Source: Eledone cirrhosa (taxonomy: Eukaryota). Taken from it: DNA of 64,000 bases. The position numbers were made by a program, and so were the translations under genes. The DNA lies in the NCBI GenBank assembly GCA_964016885.1, contig OZ024741.1, positions 386,136,001-386,200,000 on the forward strand, written 5' to 3'. Shown one piece after another: positions 39,001 through 51,424 of the stretch; positions within the stretch are counted from its first letter, which is position 1, and the number at the start of each line of letters is the position of its first letter. Below the pieces are notes generated by a model, which did not search any database, had not been told where the DNA came from, and saw only the letters and a program-made list of their open reading frames with translations.

Positions 39001-42000
39001 TGTTGTAGTAGTTATAGTCGTTGTTGTAGTAGTTATAGTTGTTGTTGTGGTAGTTATAGTTGTTGTTTTAGTAGTTATAGTTGTTGTTGTGGTAGTTATA
39101 GTTGTTGTTGTGGTAGTTATAGTTGTTGTTGTAGTAGTTATAGTTGTTGTTGTGGTAGTTATAGTTGTTGTTGTAGTAGTTATAGTCGTTGTTGTGGTAG
39201 TTATAGTTGTTGTTGTAGTAGTTATAGTTGTTGTTGTAGTAGTTATAGTTGTTGTTGTGGTAGTTATAGTTGTTGTTGTGGTAGTTATAGTTGTTGTTGT
39301 AGTAGTTATAGTTGTTGTTGTAGTAGTTATAGTTGTTGTTGTGCTAGTTATAGTTGTTGTTGTGGTAGTTATAGTTGTTGTTGTAGTAGTTATAGTTGTT
39401 GTTGTGGTAGTTATAGTTGTTGTTGTGGTAGTTATAGTTGTTGTTGTAGTAGTTATAGTTGTTGTTGTAGTAGTTATAGTTGTTGTAGTAGTAGTTATAG
39501 TTGTTGTTGTGCTAGTTATAGTTTTTGTTGTAGTAGTTATAGTTGTTGTTGTGCTAGTTATAGTTGTTGTTGTGGTAGTTATAGTTGTTGTTGTAGTAGT
39601 TATAGTTGTTGTTGTGGTAGTTATAGTTGTTGTTGTGGTAGTTATAGTTGTTGTTGTAGTAGTTATAGTTGTTGTTGTAGTAGTTATAGTTGTTGTTGTA
39701 GTAGTTATAGTTGTTGTTGCAGTAGTTATAGTTGTTGTTGTAGTAGTTATAGTTGTTGTTGTAGTAGTTATAGTTGTTGTTGTGCTAGTTATAGTTGTTG
39801 TTGTGGTAGTTATAGTTGTTGTTGTAGTAGTTATAGTTGTTGTTGTAGTAGTTATAGTTGTTGTTGTGGTAGTTATAGTTGTTGTTGTAGTAGTTATAGT
39901 TGTTGTTGTAGTAGTTATAGTTGTTGTTGTAGTAGTTATAGTTGTTGTTGTGGTAGTTATAGTTGTTGTTGTGGTAGTTATAGTTGTTGTTGTAGTAGTC
40001 ATAGTTGTTGTTGTAGTAGTTATAGTTGTTGTTGTGGTAGTTATAGTTGTTGTTGTGGTAGTTATAGTTGTTGTTGTAGTAGTTATAGTTGTTGTTGTAG
40101 TAGTTATAGTTGTTGTTGTGGTAGTTATAGTTGTTGTTGTGGTAGTTATAATTGTTGTTGTGGTAGTTATAGTTGTTGTTGTAGTAGTTATAGTTGTTGT
40201 TGTAGTAGTTATAGTTGTTGTTGTAGTAGTTATAGTTGTTGTTGTAGTAGTTATAGTTGTTGTTGTAGTAGTTATAGTTGTTGTTGTAGTAGTTATAGTT
40301 GTTGTTGTGCTAGTTATAGTTGTTGTTGTGGTAGTTATAGTTGTTGTTGTAGTAGTTATAGTTGTTGTTGTAGTAGTTATAGTTGTTGTTGTGGTAGTTA
40401 TAGTTGTTGTTGTAGTAGTTATAGTTGTTGTTGTAGTAGTTATAGTTGTTGTTGTGGTAGTTATAGTTGTTGTTGTAGTAGTTATAGTTGTTGTTGTGGT
40501 AGTTATAGTTGTTGTTGTGGTAGTTATAGTTGTTGTTGTAGTAGTTATAGTTGTTGTTGTGGTAGTTATAGTTGTTGTTGTAGTAGTTATAGTTGTTGTT
40601 GTGGTAGTTATAGTTGTTGTTGTGGTAGTTATAGTTGTTGTTGTATTAGTTATAGTTGTTGTTGTGGTAGTTATAGTTGTTGTTGTAGTAGTTATAGTCG
40701 TTGTTGTAGTAGTTATAGTTGTTATTGTGGTAGTTATACTTGTTGTTGTAGTAGTTATAGTTGTTGTTGTGGTAGTTATAGTTGTTGTTGTAGTAGTTAT
40801 AGTTGTTGTTGTGGTAGTTATAGTTGTTGTTGTAGTAGTTATAGTTGTTGTTGTGGTAGTTATAGTTGTTGTTGTGGTAGTTATAGTTGTTGTTGTAGTA
40901 GTTATAGTTGTTGTTGTGGTAGTTATAGTTGTTGTTGTAGTAGTTATAGTCGTTGTTGTAGTAGTTATAGTTGTTGTTGTGGTAGTTATAGTTGTTGTTT
41001 TAGTAGTTATAGTTGTTGTTGTGGTAGTTATAGTTGTTGTTGTGGTAGTTATAGTTGTTGTTGTAGTAGTTATAGTTGTTGTTGTGGTAGTTATAGTTGT
41101 TGTTGTAGTAGTTATAGTCGTTGTTGTAGTAGTTATAGTTGTTGTTGTGGTAGTTATACTTGTTGTTGTAGTAGTTATAGTTGTTGTTGTGGTAGTTATA
41201 GTTGTTGTTGTAGTAGCTATAGTTGTTGTTGTGGTAGTTATAGTTGTTGTTGTTGTAGTTATAGTTGTTGTTGTGGTAGTTATAGTTGTTGTTGTAGTAG
41301 TTATGGTTGTTGTTGTGGTAGTTATAGTTGTTGTTGTGGTAGTTATAGTTGTTGTTGTAGTAGTTATAGTCGTTGTTGTAGTAGTTATAGTTGTTGTTGT
41401 GGTAGTTATAGTTGTTGTTGTTGTAGTTATAGTTGTTGTTGTAGTAGTTATAGTTGTTGTTGTGGTAGTTGTAGTTGTTGTTGTAGTAGTTATAGTTGTT
41501 GTTGTGGTAGTTATAGTTGTTGTTTTAGTAGTTATAGTTGTTGTTGTAGTAGTTATAGTTGTTGTTGTAGTAGTTATAGTTGTTGTGGTAGTTATAGTTG
41601 TTGCTCTAGTAGTTATAGTTGTTGTTGTGGTAGTTATAGTTGTTGTTGTGGTAGTTATAGTTGTTGTTGTAGTAGTTATAGTTGTTGTTGTGGTAGTTAT
41701 AGTTGTTGTTGTAGTAGTTATAGTTGTTGTTGTGGTAGTTATAGTTGATGTTGTAGTAGTTATAGTTGTTGTTGTGGTAGTTATAGTTGTTGTTGTAGTA
41801 GTTATAGTTGTTGTTGTGGTAGTTATAGTTGTTGTTGTAGTAGTTATAGTTGTTGTTGTAGTAGTTATAGTTGTTGTTGTGGTAGTTATAGTTGTTGTTG
41901 TTGTAGTTATAGTTGTTGTTGTAGTAGTTGTTGTTGTTGTAGTAGTTATAGTTGTTGTTGTGGTAGTTATAGTTGTTGTTGTGGTAGTTATAGTTGTTGC

Positions 42001-43047
42001 TGTAGTAGTTATAGTTGTTGTTGTGGTAGTTATAGTTGTTGTTGTAGTAGTTATAGTTGTTGTTGTGGTAGTTATAGTTGTTGTTGCAGTAGTTATAGTT
42101 GTTGTTGTAGTAGTTATAGTTGTTGTTGTAGTAGTTATAGTTGTTGTTGTGGTAGTTATAGTTGTTGTTGTAGTAGTTATAGTTGTTGTTGTGGTAGTTA
42201 TAGTTGTTGTTGTAGTAGTTATAGTTGTTGTTGTAGTAGTTATAGTTGTTGTTGTGGTAGTTATAGTTGTTGTTGTGGTAGTTATAGTTGTTGTTGTTGT
42301 AGTTATAGTTGTTGTTGTGGTAGTTATAGTTGTTGTTGTAGTAGTTATAGTTGTTGTTGTAGTAGTTAGTTGTTGTTGTAGTAGTTATAGTTGTTGTTGT
42401 GGTAGTTATAGTTGTTGTTGTAGTAGTTATAGTTGTTGTTGTAGTAGTTAGTTGTTGTTGTAGTAGTTATAGTTGTTGTTGTAGTAGTTATAGTTGTTGT
42501 TGTGGTAGTTATAGTTGTTGTTGTAGTAGTTATAGTTGTTGTTGTAGTAGTTATAGTTGTTGTTGTAGTAGTTATAGTTGTTGTGGTAGTTATAGTTGTT
42601 GTTGTAGTAGTTATAATTGTTGTTGTAGTAGTTATAGTTATTGTTGTGGTAGTTATAGTTGTTGTTGTAGTAGTTATAGTTGTTGTTGTAGTAGTTATAG
42701 TTGTTGTTGTAGTAGTTATATTTGTTGTTGTAGTAGTTATAGTTGTTGTTGCGGTAGTTATAGTTGTTGTTGTAGTAGTTATAGTTGTTGTGGTAGTTAT
42801 AGTTGTTGTTGTAGTAGTTATAGTTGTTGTTGTGGTAGTTATAGTTGTTGTTGTGGTAGTTATAGTTGTTGTTGTGGTAGTTATAGTTGTTGTTGTAGTA
42901 GTTATAGTTGTTGTTGTAGTAGTTATAGTTGTTGTTGTAGTAGTTATAGTTGTAGTTGTAGTAGTTATAATTGTTGTTGTAGTAGTTATAGTTGTTGTTG
43001 TGGTAGTTATAGTTGTTGTTGTAGTAGTTATAGTTGTTGTTGTGGTA
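1..43047. repeat. Giant tandem satellite/minisatellite, 21-bp unit GTTATAGTTGTTGTTGTRGTA (about 2,000 units), truncated by the left window edge
   Basis: Unit is read directly throughout. R alternates A/G. 18-bp (minus one GTT) and 20-bp (GTTATAGTTGTTGTTTAATA) variants occur. The plus strand has almost no C. Confidence 0.99.
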
Positions 43048-43220
43048 GTGATGGTGGTGGTGGTGGTGGTGGTGTTAGTGGTGTATGTGGTGGTGATAGT
43101 GTTGGTGGTATTGGTGACCATCGTGGGGACAGTGGTGATGGTAGTGTTGGTGGTGGTAGTCATGATGGTGGTGGTGGTGTTGGCGGTGCCCATAGTTGTT
43201 GTTGTAGTTGCTGTTGTTGT
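43048..43220 (-). repeat. Degenerate GGT/GTT-rich edge of the array; Thr-rich reading frame on the minus strand
   Basis: The minus strand reads TTTATTTTMGTANTTTTIMTTTTNTTITVPTMVTNTT..., in frame with the first ~600 bp of the array (ORF 42366-43193). Confidence 0.6.
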
Positions 43221-43567
43221 CTGGGAAGAAATGGCTGCTATATTTTCCTGTTGACACTAACTTCTACGATACCAAATTTCCTTTCACTATGTTGATTTCA
43301 AAACCACCTAGCATTTTAAAATAATGCCAGATTCTTTAACGGTGGTGTCCGAAGATAAGAACCATTGTTTCATACCATTTCAAATGTGCAGTAACTAGAT
43401 GCAGTAGTGGTATCTATTAGTGCATTTTTTTTTAGTATCAGCTGCAACCAACTGAAGAACAAATTTGTTTTGCTCTGATAGCACTGCTGTTGACTCTATC
43501 AACGTCATGCCATCACTCAAAGCTTGTTTGGTCTGATGCTGATGTACTGTGTCATGCCAATGTGCTC

Positions 43568-43728
43568 TGTGTGTGTGTGTGTAAGCATGCATGTACTTGT
43601 GAGTATGCATGTTTTATATATATATACATATGTATACATACATATATACATATATGCGTGTTTATGTATACACACACATTCACTCAAACACACACACACA
43701 CATATGTATATATATATATATTTACACT

Positions 43729-43801
<73 letters not shown>

Positions 43802-43822
43802 ATATATATCATCATCATCATC
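43568..43822. repeat. Compound (TG)n/(TA)n/(CA)n/(CAT)n microsatellite
   Basis: Directly visible di- and trinucleotide runs. Confidence 0.95.
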
Positions 43823-44540
43823 ACCGTTTCCATAATCCATTCTTCCACGCTACCATGGGTGAGACAAGTTGTTCTGTTGTGGGCAATGCTAGGTCAGGTG
43901 ACCATACCTTGCTTATACAGAACTGATTTTGGCTTGGTTTCTAGAGCTGGATGTCCTTGCCAACGCCAACCTCATTTACAGTGAGTACCATTGTCATTTT
44001 AATATCTGTTTCCTTGCTTGTAGGGGTATAGACGAAGTCTCTACTGAAGCAAAACCGCTGATCTCCCAAGCAATCCAGGGATCTCTGCCTCGCTTATGTA
44101 CGGTCTCATGTTCTTTTGAGCGCTCAGGGCATGTTGTCATACCTTTGACACAACTGAGGGTCCTCCCAACACTTTGTTTGACAAGATTTCTATGGCTGGA
44201 TGCTCTTCTCATCACTAACCACTTTACAGTGTATACTGGGTGCATTTATCGCATAAATCACTAACACTAGGGAGGTTGTCATGCCATTCACATAAGTAGA
44301 GTGTCCTCTTGACACTTTGTCTGGCAAGTTTTCTATGGCTAGATGCCCTTCCTATGACCAACCACTTTACAGCATGTACTGGGTGTATAGATCACCAACA
44401 CTAGGGTGGCTGTCTTGTTCCTTCAGTCGTTAGCAGAGGTTGTCATACTTTTGACACAACTGATGGTCCCACCAACTCTTTGTTTAGCAAGATTTCTATG
44501 GCTGGAAGCCCTTCCTATCACCAACCACTTCACAGGGAGT
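43810..44540 (-). mobile_element. Degenerate non-LTR/SINE 3'-tail fragments with a tandemly repeated motif
   Basis: Begins with (CAT)n. The motif TTCTATGGCTGGATGC..CTT...AACCACTTTACAG recurs at ~43940, 44190, 44330 and 44495. It is the reverse complement of the motif in the RTE 3' UTR at ~61445-61500. Confidence 0.55.
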
Positions 44541-44915
44541 GGCAGGCTGTTGCTGCCAGGAATGATGTGTGTGTGTGTGGGGGGGGGGGGGTCAGCTGCC
44601 AGGATTGCATGTGTGTATGGGGGGTCAGCTGCCAGGAATGCATGTGTGTGTGTGTGTGTGAGTGGGGGAGATGTAGTAGTGAGTTGAGAAGAACTGTTAG
44701 GGAGTGATAGTGGAAGTGAGGAACATACACACACCCACACACATATGCAAAAGGCAAACAGAAATAACAAAGCAAACGACACAGTACAATGAAGAAATAT
44801 ATTATTAGTTTTACGCTTAGTGGCAAAAAACTGGTAGGTTATATCCATAGTAAGTAGAGCACTCAGTCCAAAGGACGTTTCGGTAGAGATTTAGGTCGAC
44901 AACAAATGGAACTAA

Positions 44916-44940
44916 CTCTCTCTCTCTCTATATATAAATA

Positions 44941-44992
<52 letters not shown>
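44916..44992. repeat. (CT)n/(TG)n/(TA)n microsatellite
   Basis: Direct reading. Confidence 0.9.
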
Positions 44993-44993
<1 letters not shown>

Positions 44994-45286
44994 CTTATAG
45001 CATTTTAAAGGATCCGTCGAGCTGCCGATCATTGAGTCGGGTAGGATCGATACAGATCGAACCTTGAGCTGATCAGTGGTGAAACGCGCGTCACCTACAA
45101 ATAAATGTAATGAAGGAGTAACCAATCGTCCTTGTTATCCTTTCAATATATTACACTCTGTATAGCTCTACACCTCATCACAGAAGTGAACCTAAACATT
45201 GAGTGCTCTCCCAGGTGAACCTGCAGTAACTCCAAGTTACACCCCCTGGATATATATATATACTTAGCATGGCAATAACGTCCTTA

Positions 45287-45287
<1 letters not shown>

Positions 45288-45335
<48 letters not shown>
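45288..45335. repeat. (AAT)16 tract at the 3' end of Tx1-like element 1
   Basis: Direct reading. Confidence 0.95.
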
Positions 45336-45337
<2 letters not shown>

Positions 45338-45584
45338 TTTCATTTATTGGCCACAAGGGCCGACATATAGGGGACAATACAAAAGACTGGGACAGTGGGG
45401 TTTTACAGAAAAGTAACAATAACAAAGTAACAATAAAGTAACAATAAAATTACAACAAGAAAAAATTCCCCAATAGGGGGGATGACCACCTAGGGTTTGC
45501 TCAGGTACCCCACCAGTCCTGAACGACCCGACGCTTCGAGAGCACCCTGGAAGGGCACCCCCTCTCCTCTTCAAATTTACCTAC

Positions 45585-48500
45585 CTACAGCCGCATGACC
45601 AGAGTAGGCCCACTCACACGGGCCATTCTCGCCACATTCACCCACCTTTCAGCAAATGTACTGGGGAGCAGCACTTCTTTCTCCACCCTCACCTTCCTTT
45701 CCAAGTGAAACTTGAAAAAGTTGATGAGGGATTGGCCGAAGAGAAAAGTGTCTGTCTTCAGTCCTTTCAACCTCGTCCACCATCCAACCTCTTTCGCTAC
45801 TGCCACCAGACAGAAGAAAATTGCCTGCCCTTCCTGGCCAAAAGAAGGCCGCGGGTCGATCTTCACTATGGACTCGGCTGATAGCCGGATCCGTTCTACA
45901 CGCGACAGTAGCTGTTCAACATAACTCCACAAGTCAGTAATGCACGGACACTGGACGAGTGCGTGCAGAACGGTTTCGTCGCTCTGCGCGCATCTTGGGC
46001 AGGGCCGTCTGACAGCACTTCCGTGCCTATAGAGTTTATCTCGAACCGGCAGTGCCCCCCGGTAGCACTGCCAAGCGAGGGATTTTTGGAAATTATCCAT
46101 CGTCCCCGGCTCAAAAGTCCTCCGGTACAGACTGGTTAGTTCGACTTCGTTGACTCCCAGAGCCTCTCCGAGTGCATCGTCGCACTTGCCCGCCACTAAT
46201 CTTCTATAGAACTCGAGAGTGGAAGTTCCACTGACCGCATTGCCTGCCTGGTAGAGGGCAGTGAGTGCCTGGCAACATTCCAGATGCCAGTCACCCAGTC
46301 TCGGTCTCTTCTTGACCCAGGACTGCAACTCAGTCAAAGAAACGAGCTGCAGAAAGGCCCGTCTGACAAACGGCGACCACACCTGTTCACCGTTTAGGCA
46401 GAATATCTGGAGATGCCGCAGCCTCAGCGCGTGCCTGCGCATCATTAGCCATGGCATGCCCAGCCCTCCACGTAGAGGGTGCTGGCAGCAGATGGACCGC
46501 CTCACCAGCGGAACCTGACCCCTCCACAAGAATTAGAAGAGGAGCCGCTCCAAGATGGCGAAGCGCAAATGGGGGCAAGGTACGACAGTCAGACGGTAGT
46601 AGATGACGGACGCGATGTACACGTTCGCCACCTCCGCCCGACCTTTTAGTGATAGCTTCATCCCAGCCCATTTCTGGGTGAGAGGTGATTACCCTGCCCA
46701 TCACCTCGTCCCAATTCTTATCCACCTGGAGGTCTGGCCCGAACCAAACCCCTAGCAACTTTACCGGTCCGTCCGTCCAGTGCCTAACGACGCTGTTGGA
46801 CGGCATGGGCTTGCCTCTCCAGGTGCCGAGTTGCAAGCCTACTGACTTTTCCGGGTTAAGTTTTGCTCCCGTCAACCTTTCATATTCCTCCAATAAGTTG
46901 CTGACCACCTCGATTTCTGAGGTGTCTGACACCATCACGGTGATGTCGTCCGCATAAGCCAACACAGCCTTTCCGCGTCCCGGTTCGAGTGAGATGCCCT
47001 GCAACAGCTCCAGCTTCAGCAGTAAAGGCTCAAGAGTCAATACGTACAGAAGGGAGGAGAGAGGGCACCCTTGACGGACCGATCGGGAGATCTGAAACGG
47101 TTCCGAGAGGTGGCCATTAATTTTGACCATCGAGCAGGTGCCGCTGTGCATTGCAGCGATCCAGCTTCTGAAGACGGGGCCGAAGCCAGCCGCCTTGAGG
47201 ACAGCCTCCAGGTACCGATGGTCGACCCTATCGAATGCTTTCGATTGATCTAAATTGATCAGAGCCCCACCGAAGCCAGGTTTACACCCTACCCTCTCTA
47301 TGATGTATCGCATTAGGTGGAGGTTGTCGTGTATGGATCTGGTTGGGATTTCGCAAGTTTGCACCTCCCCAACCAAATCCCTGACGACAAGCGCCAACCT
47401 CTTCGCTAACACCCTGGCCAAAATCTTAAACTCTGTGTTGAGCAGAGTTATGGGCCTGAAATTGTCTAATGTGTCCCTCTTGTTCTCGTCTTTCCTTATC
47501 AGCGTCACTACGCCCCGGCTCACAGAACTGGGAATACTCCCGTTTTGCTGCCAGTTGCAGTAGAAGGCTTCGAGGAGATTGGAGAACAAGTCTGGCATAT
47601 TTACTTAAAGCTCGTAGGGCAGACTATCCAAACCGGGTGACTTGCGCCTCATGCAGCCTACAAGGGCATCCTGAATCTCGGCTCAAGTAATTGGCCTTTC
47701 GCAGCGCCCAGCGTCAGCCGTCGAGAGTTGCGGCAAGCCATCGAGGTAGGGACTAAAGTCCGCCACCATCTCTGACCCGCCACTTCCCCTGAACAACCGG
47801 GCAAAATGTTGGCGAAAGGCCTCACACTTCCGCTTGGAATCGCTCAGCTCCTGCCCGTCTCGGTCCGTCAAAGACCGAATCGTGGTTTTATTACCACGCT
47901 GCGCCTCTGCCACGCGGGCCCATCGAACAGCTTTGGTTCCCTCGTTTCTCAGAGCACGCGCCTTAGCTCTGACAATGCAACCTTCATGTTTCGCATTGAA
48001 GAAATGGTCTAATGCCATTCTCGCCGCTAGCACGTCAGTTGCAATGCCACTACTAATAGCCTCGTCTAACTTATCTACCAACTCCCCCATCCTTTCTATT
48101 TTTCTCTAATGCTACTTCTTTGCTAAACTCTATCGACATTACTCTAATCTCTCTTTTGAGAGCCCCCCACCATCTATTGTTGACGACTCCCCCTGTCAAC
48201 TTTTTCTTAACTAAATTGTTGACCTGGTCCCTGTAAGCCTTACGTGCCGGAAATGACATGTTTAGCTTCCAGTAACCAGGTCCTAACCTACGCGTCTTAT
48301 CTAGGTCGACCATACAGATCACAAACTTGTGATCTGAATAGGCTACCGTTTCAAAACGTGGAGAGCTTACACTATTTCTGTCTATTTTCCTAATGAATAT
48401 CCTGTCTATATACGATCTAGATGACCCTATGCGGTTAGCCCAGGTCCACACTGGCGCATTAGGGAAATCTAGTCAGTACCTGTCAGACAGTTGGAACTGG

Positions 48501-49008
48501 CTGATCAGGTTCTTGAGGCTTTTGCACCCCCGCTCCTATCGGATACTCCCACACAGTCCCAGCGTGCATCCAAGATGCCGTTCCAGTCCCCCGCTAACAG
48601 TAAAGGGCGAGACGTACCCAGAAAGGCTTCCAGGCGTCTAAAGAAATCCGGCCGTCCTGCCCCAGTAGGAGCATAGACGACCACCAGTCTAAAGGCACCA
48701 CCTTCATTATTGTTCTCGTCCAGGACCACCAACTTCCCGTCCGGGTCCCGGAAGATCGACCTTACCTCGAGATCCAGGCCTTTCTTAAACAGCACTGCCA
48801 CCCCACCTCCCATTCCCGGCCGGCTAACAGATGCAAAGATCTGATAGTCGTCGAAAATGGGGCCTAGTGCGCGCGTGTCGGAAATCCTGGTCTCGCTGAC
48901 TGCAATTACATCCATTTCTATAGACCTGAGGTCGTTGAGCAGGTGACCCTGCTTCCAGGACGATCCCAGGCCTCGAACATTTAAACATCCTACTCTTAAT
49001 ACGGCCAT
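45585..49008 (-). pseudogene. Element 1 ORF2: APE endonuclease-reverse transcriptase, with frameshifts and stops
   Basis: APE motifs LNVRGL, SETR, YAP, GDWN, IDRIF, SDH, then GPGYWKLN. RT motifs FRPITLLN, LDQSKAFDRV, RQGCPLS, YADD, LLGVWF. C-terminal CPRC..ETVLHALVQC. Split over ORFs 48505-49008, 48071-48451, 47683-48090, 46387-47598 and 45585-46529. Confidence 0.93.
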
Positions 49009-49039
49009 GTTGGCAGGTTAAACAGAGAGAGAGGAAGGT

Positions 49040-50988
49040 TTACTTACCTTCCGGGCTCTTGTGAAGGTCGGGTTGTTCGACCTCCATAGTTGGTGGGGTT
49101 TCTTTTGGGAACCGCTTTAAAAGTCTTGAAGTGGGTTTTACATTCGGGGTTCTCACGTCCCGAGGAAAGCTGTCTCGTATTTCTTTGAATATGTCGAGCG
49201 ACATTCGCACCAGAACCAAATCTTCCGGCACGCGAAATGTGCTCGATTTAAAAATTTCCCCCTCTTTTTGTATATTTTCACTTCGTGCTATGAGGGCCAT
49301 CAGTTCCTTGTTGGCCCTCCTGACGAGCACGATGTTTTGTATGTTTTGTTGGTGTGATTTTATTTGTTTGCGTGGTTGTGGTGGTGATGGTTTTGGTGGT
49401 GTTTCGGTTGTATCTGTGTTTGTTGTGAGTGCGGTGTCTGTGGTTTCAGATGTTTGTGTGTATATTTGTTCTTGCGTCTGTTTCGGTTGTTTGCGTTGGG
49501 GGATTCTGGCGATGGTGATGGTGATGGTGGTGTTGATGTTGGTGTTATTGGAGAGATGTTTGCGTGGGTGGTGTCTGCGTTTTTTATTGTGGGTGCTTTT
49601 GTGCTTTGTTGAGTTTTTTTTTTTTTTGTGTTTCCTTTTTTGTATTTTGGATTTCCCTCAACTTCACTACTGGTAGATGAGGGGTCTGTGTCTGTAAGTG
49701 TGTCTGTATGTATGTTTAAGGTTTTATTGGTGTGTGTATTTTGGGGGGGGAGGGGGAATATGACAGCTTTCCTAGTTTCTACCATGGGTGGTCAATGTTG
49801 GTGGTGGTCTTTCTATTGGTGTTGTTGTTGGTGGTTTTGTCGGTGCTGGTGTTGGTTGTGGTCCTCGCCCCGGCGTCGGCAGCAGTGGAGCCTTTCGACC
49901 CCTTGCCTCTTTCAGCAGTTGAGGGCAGAAGGCTCACAAATGGGTTTTTTCCCCACAAACAAAACACTGCGGCCTTTTGCCTTCGGTCATAATATGAATG
50001 ACTGTCCCATTCTGAAGGCGGATGTGGTCCGGGATTGTCTTCACATTCTCCAGCTCAACCCCGGACCAGTCCTCTCTGGCCGTTCTGGTCACTTCTATAG
50101 GGACGGTATCCGTCCCCTCCACAATCACACATCCCAGAAGCCACCACATGTCAAGTCCTGGTGGGATTCTGTGAATGCGGAGACGGGCCGTTCTTTTTCC
50201 CATGTGGGAGGGGTACATCATGACCTTGCTGGTTTTGCAAGGAGTCATGGCGTGTTTCATAGCGAGGGCTTCAGACTTGAACAACACCGAAATGGTGCCG
50301 TACTGTCTGCCCCTCTCTATGTACTGGGTGTCTTCTCTGATGCACCTCAGCGCGACTTCGACATCTTCTTGTGGGATTAACGCTGCCCTTTTGGTTTGTG
50401 CTGAGATGCATCTATAATGCACCGTTCTACGCTCCACTGCCTCAATAACTTCTACCGGGACAGTTAAGTTGGCCCAGGTTTGCTCTTGCTTGATGAGCTT
50501 CCATGCCTGGGCCAACTTTTCATCTTTGTTTGAGAGGTCCATGTTGAAGCATGGCCAGTTTTTTGCTGCTGCCGCAGCGAAAGTGGTCTTGTTTTCGTTG
50601 GGGGTGTTGTTGTTAGCACTGTCGCTGTTATTATTGTTGTCTTTGCTGCCACCGTTGTTCTCGGTGCAGTTGGTATTGTTGCTGTTGGTGTTGTCGCTAT
50701 TTGTTTTCATGTTAGTGGTGTTGATATTGCTGTTGTATTTGTTATTTTTTTTTTGTTATCTGTATTTTCGTTGTAGCTGTTACTGTCATTTTTTTTCAAA
50801 TTAGAGTTCTTATTGGTATCATTGGTGTCTTTGTTTACCTTGTTTGTGGTGGTGTTTGTGTTATCAATGTGTGTTAATTTCGCTGTAGCACTCCTCTCAA
50901 CTTCTACGTCGTTGTCGCACGACAGCAGACATATCGCTGGGGGGCGTGGCTCAGCTATGTTTTTTTTTCTTCGTAAATTTTTTAACAT
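49040..50988 (-). pseudogene. Element 1 ORF1 (gag-like nucleic-acid-binding protein), disrupted
   Basis: Asn/Thr-rich N-terminus, a core homologous to element 2 (RGRQYGTISVLF), a CX2CX4HX4C knuckle CFVCGEKTHL*AFC at 49925-49966 with an internal TGA, and a Pro/Thr-rich C-terminus. Confidence 0.8.
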
Positions 50989-51164
50989 GTAAAAAAAAGT
51001 TCAAATATTTGGGCCAAAAGGCCCAAATATTATACTTTCCCCTTCACGGGGCAAAGTCTAAGGGCTTATATCCCTTACACAACGAGAAATATTTAACAAC
51101 AAATAATTTAAACAGGCAAATAAAGCGATTTACTGTGAGCGAGCAAAATACGTCCGCTTAGACC

Positions 51165-51182
51165 AATAATAATAATAATAAT
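51165..51182. repeat. (AAT)6 junction between the two Tx1-like elements
   Basis: Direct reading. Confidence 0.95.
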
Positions 51183-51424
51183 GATTTCTTTATTAACCAC
51201 AAGGGTTTACATAAAGTAGACATTAAGGTCAGTACAGGACAATACAGGACGGTACAAATGGGCATTTCTGCGTGTAAAAAAACAGAGGATGTAATAAAAA
51301 AATAACAACGAAAAACTCCCCAATAGGGGGGAGACTTCCGAGGGACATTTGTGGAGAAAGCCTATTAAAAGGCCACAGTGACCCTGACCACCAGCGCAAG
51401 TGCCCTCTCCCAGTTTTCCACCTT

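Larger units (their letters stand above)
45336..51164 (-). mobile_element. Full-length, decayed Tx1-like (L1-clade) non-LTR retrotransposon, element 1 (~5.8 kb)
   Basis: Has a 5' UTR, ORF1 with a CCHC knuckle, ORF2 with APE, RT and a C-terminal zinc motif, and a 3' UTR ending AATAAATGAAATC(ATT)n. Confidence 0.93.

Noticed and set aside
32232-42451. A single continuous 10-kb Thr-rich coding exon
   Set aside because: Three frameshifts (-2, -2, +4) sum to zero, but the shifted frames hit stops. It would be viable only if all three are sequencing errors.
1-43047. CRISPR array or telomeric repeat
   Set aside because: There are no unique spacers or cas genes and the context is eukaryotic. The unit lacks TTAGG(G)-type G-runs.
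1-43254. Giant poly-Val/Ile and (SYSCCC[G/S])n ORFs of up to 3,163 aa on the plus strand
   Set aside because: The 21-bp unit is stop-free in four of six frames, so ORF length is automatic. The starts are TTG/GTG inside repeats, and frames swap at indels.
45035-45100. GAAACGCGCGTC hammerhead-like 3' half (also GAAACGTC on the minus strand at ~44875)
   Set aside because: There is no properly placed CTGAnGA box and stem II; at best a decayed Penelope remnant.
43395-45125. Short ORFs rich in YI/HT/CV
   Set aside because: Translations of dinucleotide microsatellites.
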